A stretch of 63,909 bases of DNA, counting the filler, from an uncultured bacterium (GTDB taxonomy: Bacteria; Auribacterota; CAZIXI01): NCBI GenBank assembly GCA_964543115.1. It is 3 parts of 3 records of this genome, joined end to end, with 100 filler letters (N's around TTAATTAATTAA, not from the genome) between each part and the next. Parts side by side here need not be neighbours in the genome. Positions count along the whole stretch, not along the records: positions 54,317 to 63,909 come from CAZIXI010000133.1; 2 more parts are not named here. One strand, 5' to 3'. Numbering within the stretch: position 1 is the first letter of the stretch; each line of letters opens with the position of its first letter. The notes below the pieces were generated by a model. It searched no databases. It was not told where the DNA came from and saw nothing but the letters and a program-made list of their open reading frames with translations. Positions 61,774 through 63,909 of the stretch are shown here, one piece after another. Made by a program: the position numbers and the translations under genes.

Positions 61774-62823
61774 CTATTTCTTGAGTTTTTTCCGAATGAG
61801 ATCAGCCCTGTTTACATCCCGTTCACTGGGACTAAGCCGCTGGCTGGTCAGCTTCTGTAAATGCGCCGGTTGCGTGACAATAAAAAGCTCATTAATGGTT
61901 CGCCTGCTTACCTGAGGCAAAATACCTAAATCTACCCCCATACGCAAGGCAGAAAGCAGATTGACTGTTTCTTTAGTTGTGATCGTGCGCGCATAACATA
62001 AAAGGCCAAAAGCCCTGCCCACACGGTCTTCTACCTGCATTTTCTTGTTTTTTAAGAGAAGCTTACGGGCGTTACGTTCATGCCCGACAATTTGACGAAT
62101 AACTCCGTCCAGATTGTTAATGATCTCTTCTTCCGTCTTGCCGAGAGTTACTTGATTAGAGATCTGGAACAGGTTGCCGCTGGCCTCTGTCCCCTCCCCA
62201 TACAAGCCCCGGACCGCTAATCCTAATTTAATCACCGCCTGAATGACCTGTTCAATCTGTTTAGCCAGCACCAGTGCCGGTAAATGCAGCATCACCGAGG
62301 CGCGAATACCCGTACCAACATTAGTCGGACAAGCAGTTAAATAACCCAAATGAGATGAAAAGGCATAATTAATCTCTTTTTCAAACGCACTGTCTAACTG
62401 ATCAGCCAGGTGCCAGGCATCGATAAGCTGAAAGCCAGGAAGAAGAACCTGCATGCGCATATGATCTTCCTCATTGATCATAATACTTACTATTTCCCGT
62501 TGACCAATAGCCACACCGGCGCCACTACCTCCACGCTGAGCAAGCTCTCGGCTGATAATCCGCCGCTCAATAAGGAATTGCCGGTCAATCTCTTCCATTT
62601 TATCGAGCTTCATTATCAGTGAACCCTGCATATAATCATTCTCTTTAACGGCCTTTTCCACAACATTAAAGGCCCGGATTCTCTGCCGGCTGTTGGCCTT
62701 ATTCGGAAAGGGAATGCCCTGAATATTCCTGGCTACCCGCACCCTGCTGGTCAACACAATCTCTACATCCGGTCCGGAGCCATCCATCCACTCACTGGAT
62801 TTATCTAACAAAATATCGATCAT
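61774..62823 (-). CDS. mcsB: Protein arginine kinase
   Basis: TSRVRVARN, INEEDH.RMQ, GYLTACPTNVGTG.RASVMLHLPAL, VRGLYGEG, QISNQVTLG. Confidence 0.94.
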   Translation of the reverse strand: MIDILLDKSSEWMDGSGPDVEIVLTSRVRVARNIQGIPFPNKANSRQRIRAFNVVEKAVKENDYMQGSLIMKLDKMEEIDRQFLIERRIISRELAQRGGSGAGVAIGQREIVSIMINEEDHMRMQVLLPGFQLIDAWHLADQLDSAFEKEINYAFSSHLGYLTACPTNVGTGIRASVMLHLPALVLAKQIEQVIQAVIKLGLAVRGLYGEGTEASGNLFQISNQVTLGKTEEEIINNLDGVIRQIVGHERNARKLLLKNKKMQVEDRVGRAFGLLCYARTITTKETVNLLSALRMGVDLGILPQVSRRTINELFIVTQPAHLQKLTSQRLSPSERDVNRADLIRKKLKK

Positions 62824-63329
62824 TTCTTCTCTTTACCTTTCTGTCTTTGTACTCGCTGCAAGGTCCTAATCTCATCTCTCAACTTTGCTGCCTGCTCATA
62901 CTCCTCATTTTTCACCGCATCCTGCAGCTTAGTCTCTAAATCCCTCAGCTTAATTTCACTATCCATCATCTTAAGCGCCCGCTGAGGGATCTTGCCGACA
63001 TGCCTTGTACTTTTATGAATACCGGCTAATAACGGATGCAGGGCCGTTCGAAACGCCTCATAACACTGATAACAGCCCAACCTTCCGGTTTGCTTAAATT
63101 TAAGCAGAGTCATACCACAAACTGGACAGGCTATTTTTGCCAAAGGAGCCTTCCCCATTTTCGCCGGAGTCAATCCTCCCATAAGCTCACCAATAGAAAA
63201 CGGCGGCTGCACGCCAATCCCTTCTGCCATGGCACATTCTTCACAAAGATGTAGTTTTTTCACTTTATTATTAATTACCTCTGCGTAATGAACAACCGCT
63301 TCTTTTTTCTTGCAACGTTCACAAATCAT
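62820..63329 (-). CDS. mcsA: McsB activator (CxxC pairs + UVR domain)
   Basis: MICERC..A..H...LHLCEECA, CPVCG...GRLGCYQCY, H.GKIP, AVKNEEYEQAAKLRDEI. Confidence 0.94.
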   Translation of the reverse strand: MICERCKKKEAVVHYAEVINNKVKKLHLCEECAMAEGIGVQPPFSIGELMGGLTPAKMGKAPLAKIACPVCGMTLLKFKQTGRLGCYQCYEAFRTALHPLLAGIHKSTRHVGKIPQRALKMMDSEIKLRDLETKLQDAVKNEEYEQAAKLRDEIRTLQRVQRQKGKEKK

Positions 63330-63345
63330 AGGTCAATTCCTTTGA

Positions 63346-63909
63346 TTATTTATTCCGGTAGATCGGCGTACCTTCTGTTTTTGTTAGTTCTCTGAAGGCC
63401 TTAGTCAACCGTTGAGTAATAGCCCCCGGTTTGCCGTTGCCCACTAACCTCCCATCCACTTTCACCGCCGGAATGATTTCAGCCGCCGTACCGGTAAGAA
63501 AACACTCATCCGCATTGTAGATATCATGACGGTTCAAGACAATCTGCTTGACCGCGTAGCCCATATCCCTGGCTAGCTCCATAACCGTATCCCTGGTAAT
63601 CCCCTGTAATACACCCATATAGAGAGAGGGAGTTAAAATGACATCTTTCTTAACAATAAAAATGTTGTCACCTGTACATTCGGAAACAAAACCGAAAGAA
63701 TTAAACATAATCGCCTCAACATATCCGGCATTCATGGCTTCGATCTTGGCCAAAATATTATTAAGGTAATTGAGCGATTTGATCCGCGGATTAACCGCCT
63801 CGGCCTTGTTACGCAGGGTAGCTACAGTAATCAGGCTGAGACCTTCCTGATACATCTTTTTTGGATAAAGGGCAATTTTATCGGCAATAATAATTATCTG
63901 CGGCACATC
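63346..63909 (-). CDS. ilvE: Branched-chain amino acid aminotransferase (5' part outside window)
   Basis: IKSLNYLNNILAK, VSECTGDNIFIV, LQGITRDTV, DECFLTGTAAEI. Confidence 0.93.
   Translation of the reverse strand, partial: DVPQIIIIADKIALYPKKMYQEGLSLITVATLRNKAEAVNPRIKSLNYLNNILAKIEAMNAGYVEAIMFNSFGFVSECTGDNIFIVKKDVILTPSLYMGVLQGITRDTVMELARDMGYAVKQIVLNRHDIYNADECFLTGTAAEIIPAVKVDGRLVGNGKPGAITQRLTKAFRELTKTEGTPIYRNK

Noticed and set aside
1..63909. rRNA, tRNA, transposase, integrase or known defence genes
   Set aside because: None recognised by eye. Intergenic gaps are short and occupied by the repeats described; tRNAscan/Infernal/DefenseFinder were not run.

Overview
This 63.9-kb window comes from a draft, probably metagenome-assembled, genome. 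It is at least three contigs joined by artificial N44-TTAATTAATTAA-N44 linkers (27182-27281, 54217-54316), with a further 10-N gap at 44681-44690, so adjacency across the linkers is not biological. The gene content points to a diderm, Omnitrophota/PVC-like bacterium; this is inference, with no marker-gene tree run. The supporting genes are a secretin, MlaEFD, a TamB-like protein, mcsA-mcsB-clpC, a 7.3-kb giant membrane/secreted gene and a YYPxPxG-type fibre protein. Segment 1 holds lemA, a ~2440-aa giant multidomain protein facing a second unknown secreted protein, a TPR protein and MscS. It continues with a beta-PGM/OtsB + GH65 trehalose operon carrying a pseudo-receiver, rlmB, a Zn-ribbon rhomboid, an RsbU/RsbV-like pair, YhfC, rodZ, ftsK and the pnp 3' end. 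Segment 2 holds a tail-fibre-like protein, oppF, split transketolase, ctpA, tsaD, an epimerase, a Na/Pi transporter, a type IV pilus locus (no prepilin peptidase in view), nrdJ and a ferredoxin. In the pilus locus PilM and PilN are fused and the major pilin lies between two GT-C glycosyltransferases, one of them TMTC-like. Segment 3 reads ilvE-mcsA-mcsB-clpC-tamB-like-mlaE-mlaF-mlaD-radA. I found no rRNA, tRNA, CRISPR array, transposase or integrase. Intergenic DNA carries several small repeat families, and several genes look leaderless. The best candidates for new biology are the pilus-embedded TMTC/GT-C glycosylation cassette, the giant protein, the YYPxPxG fibre and the positioned repeat families.
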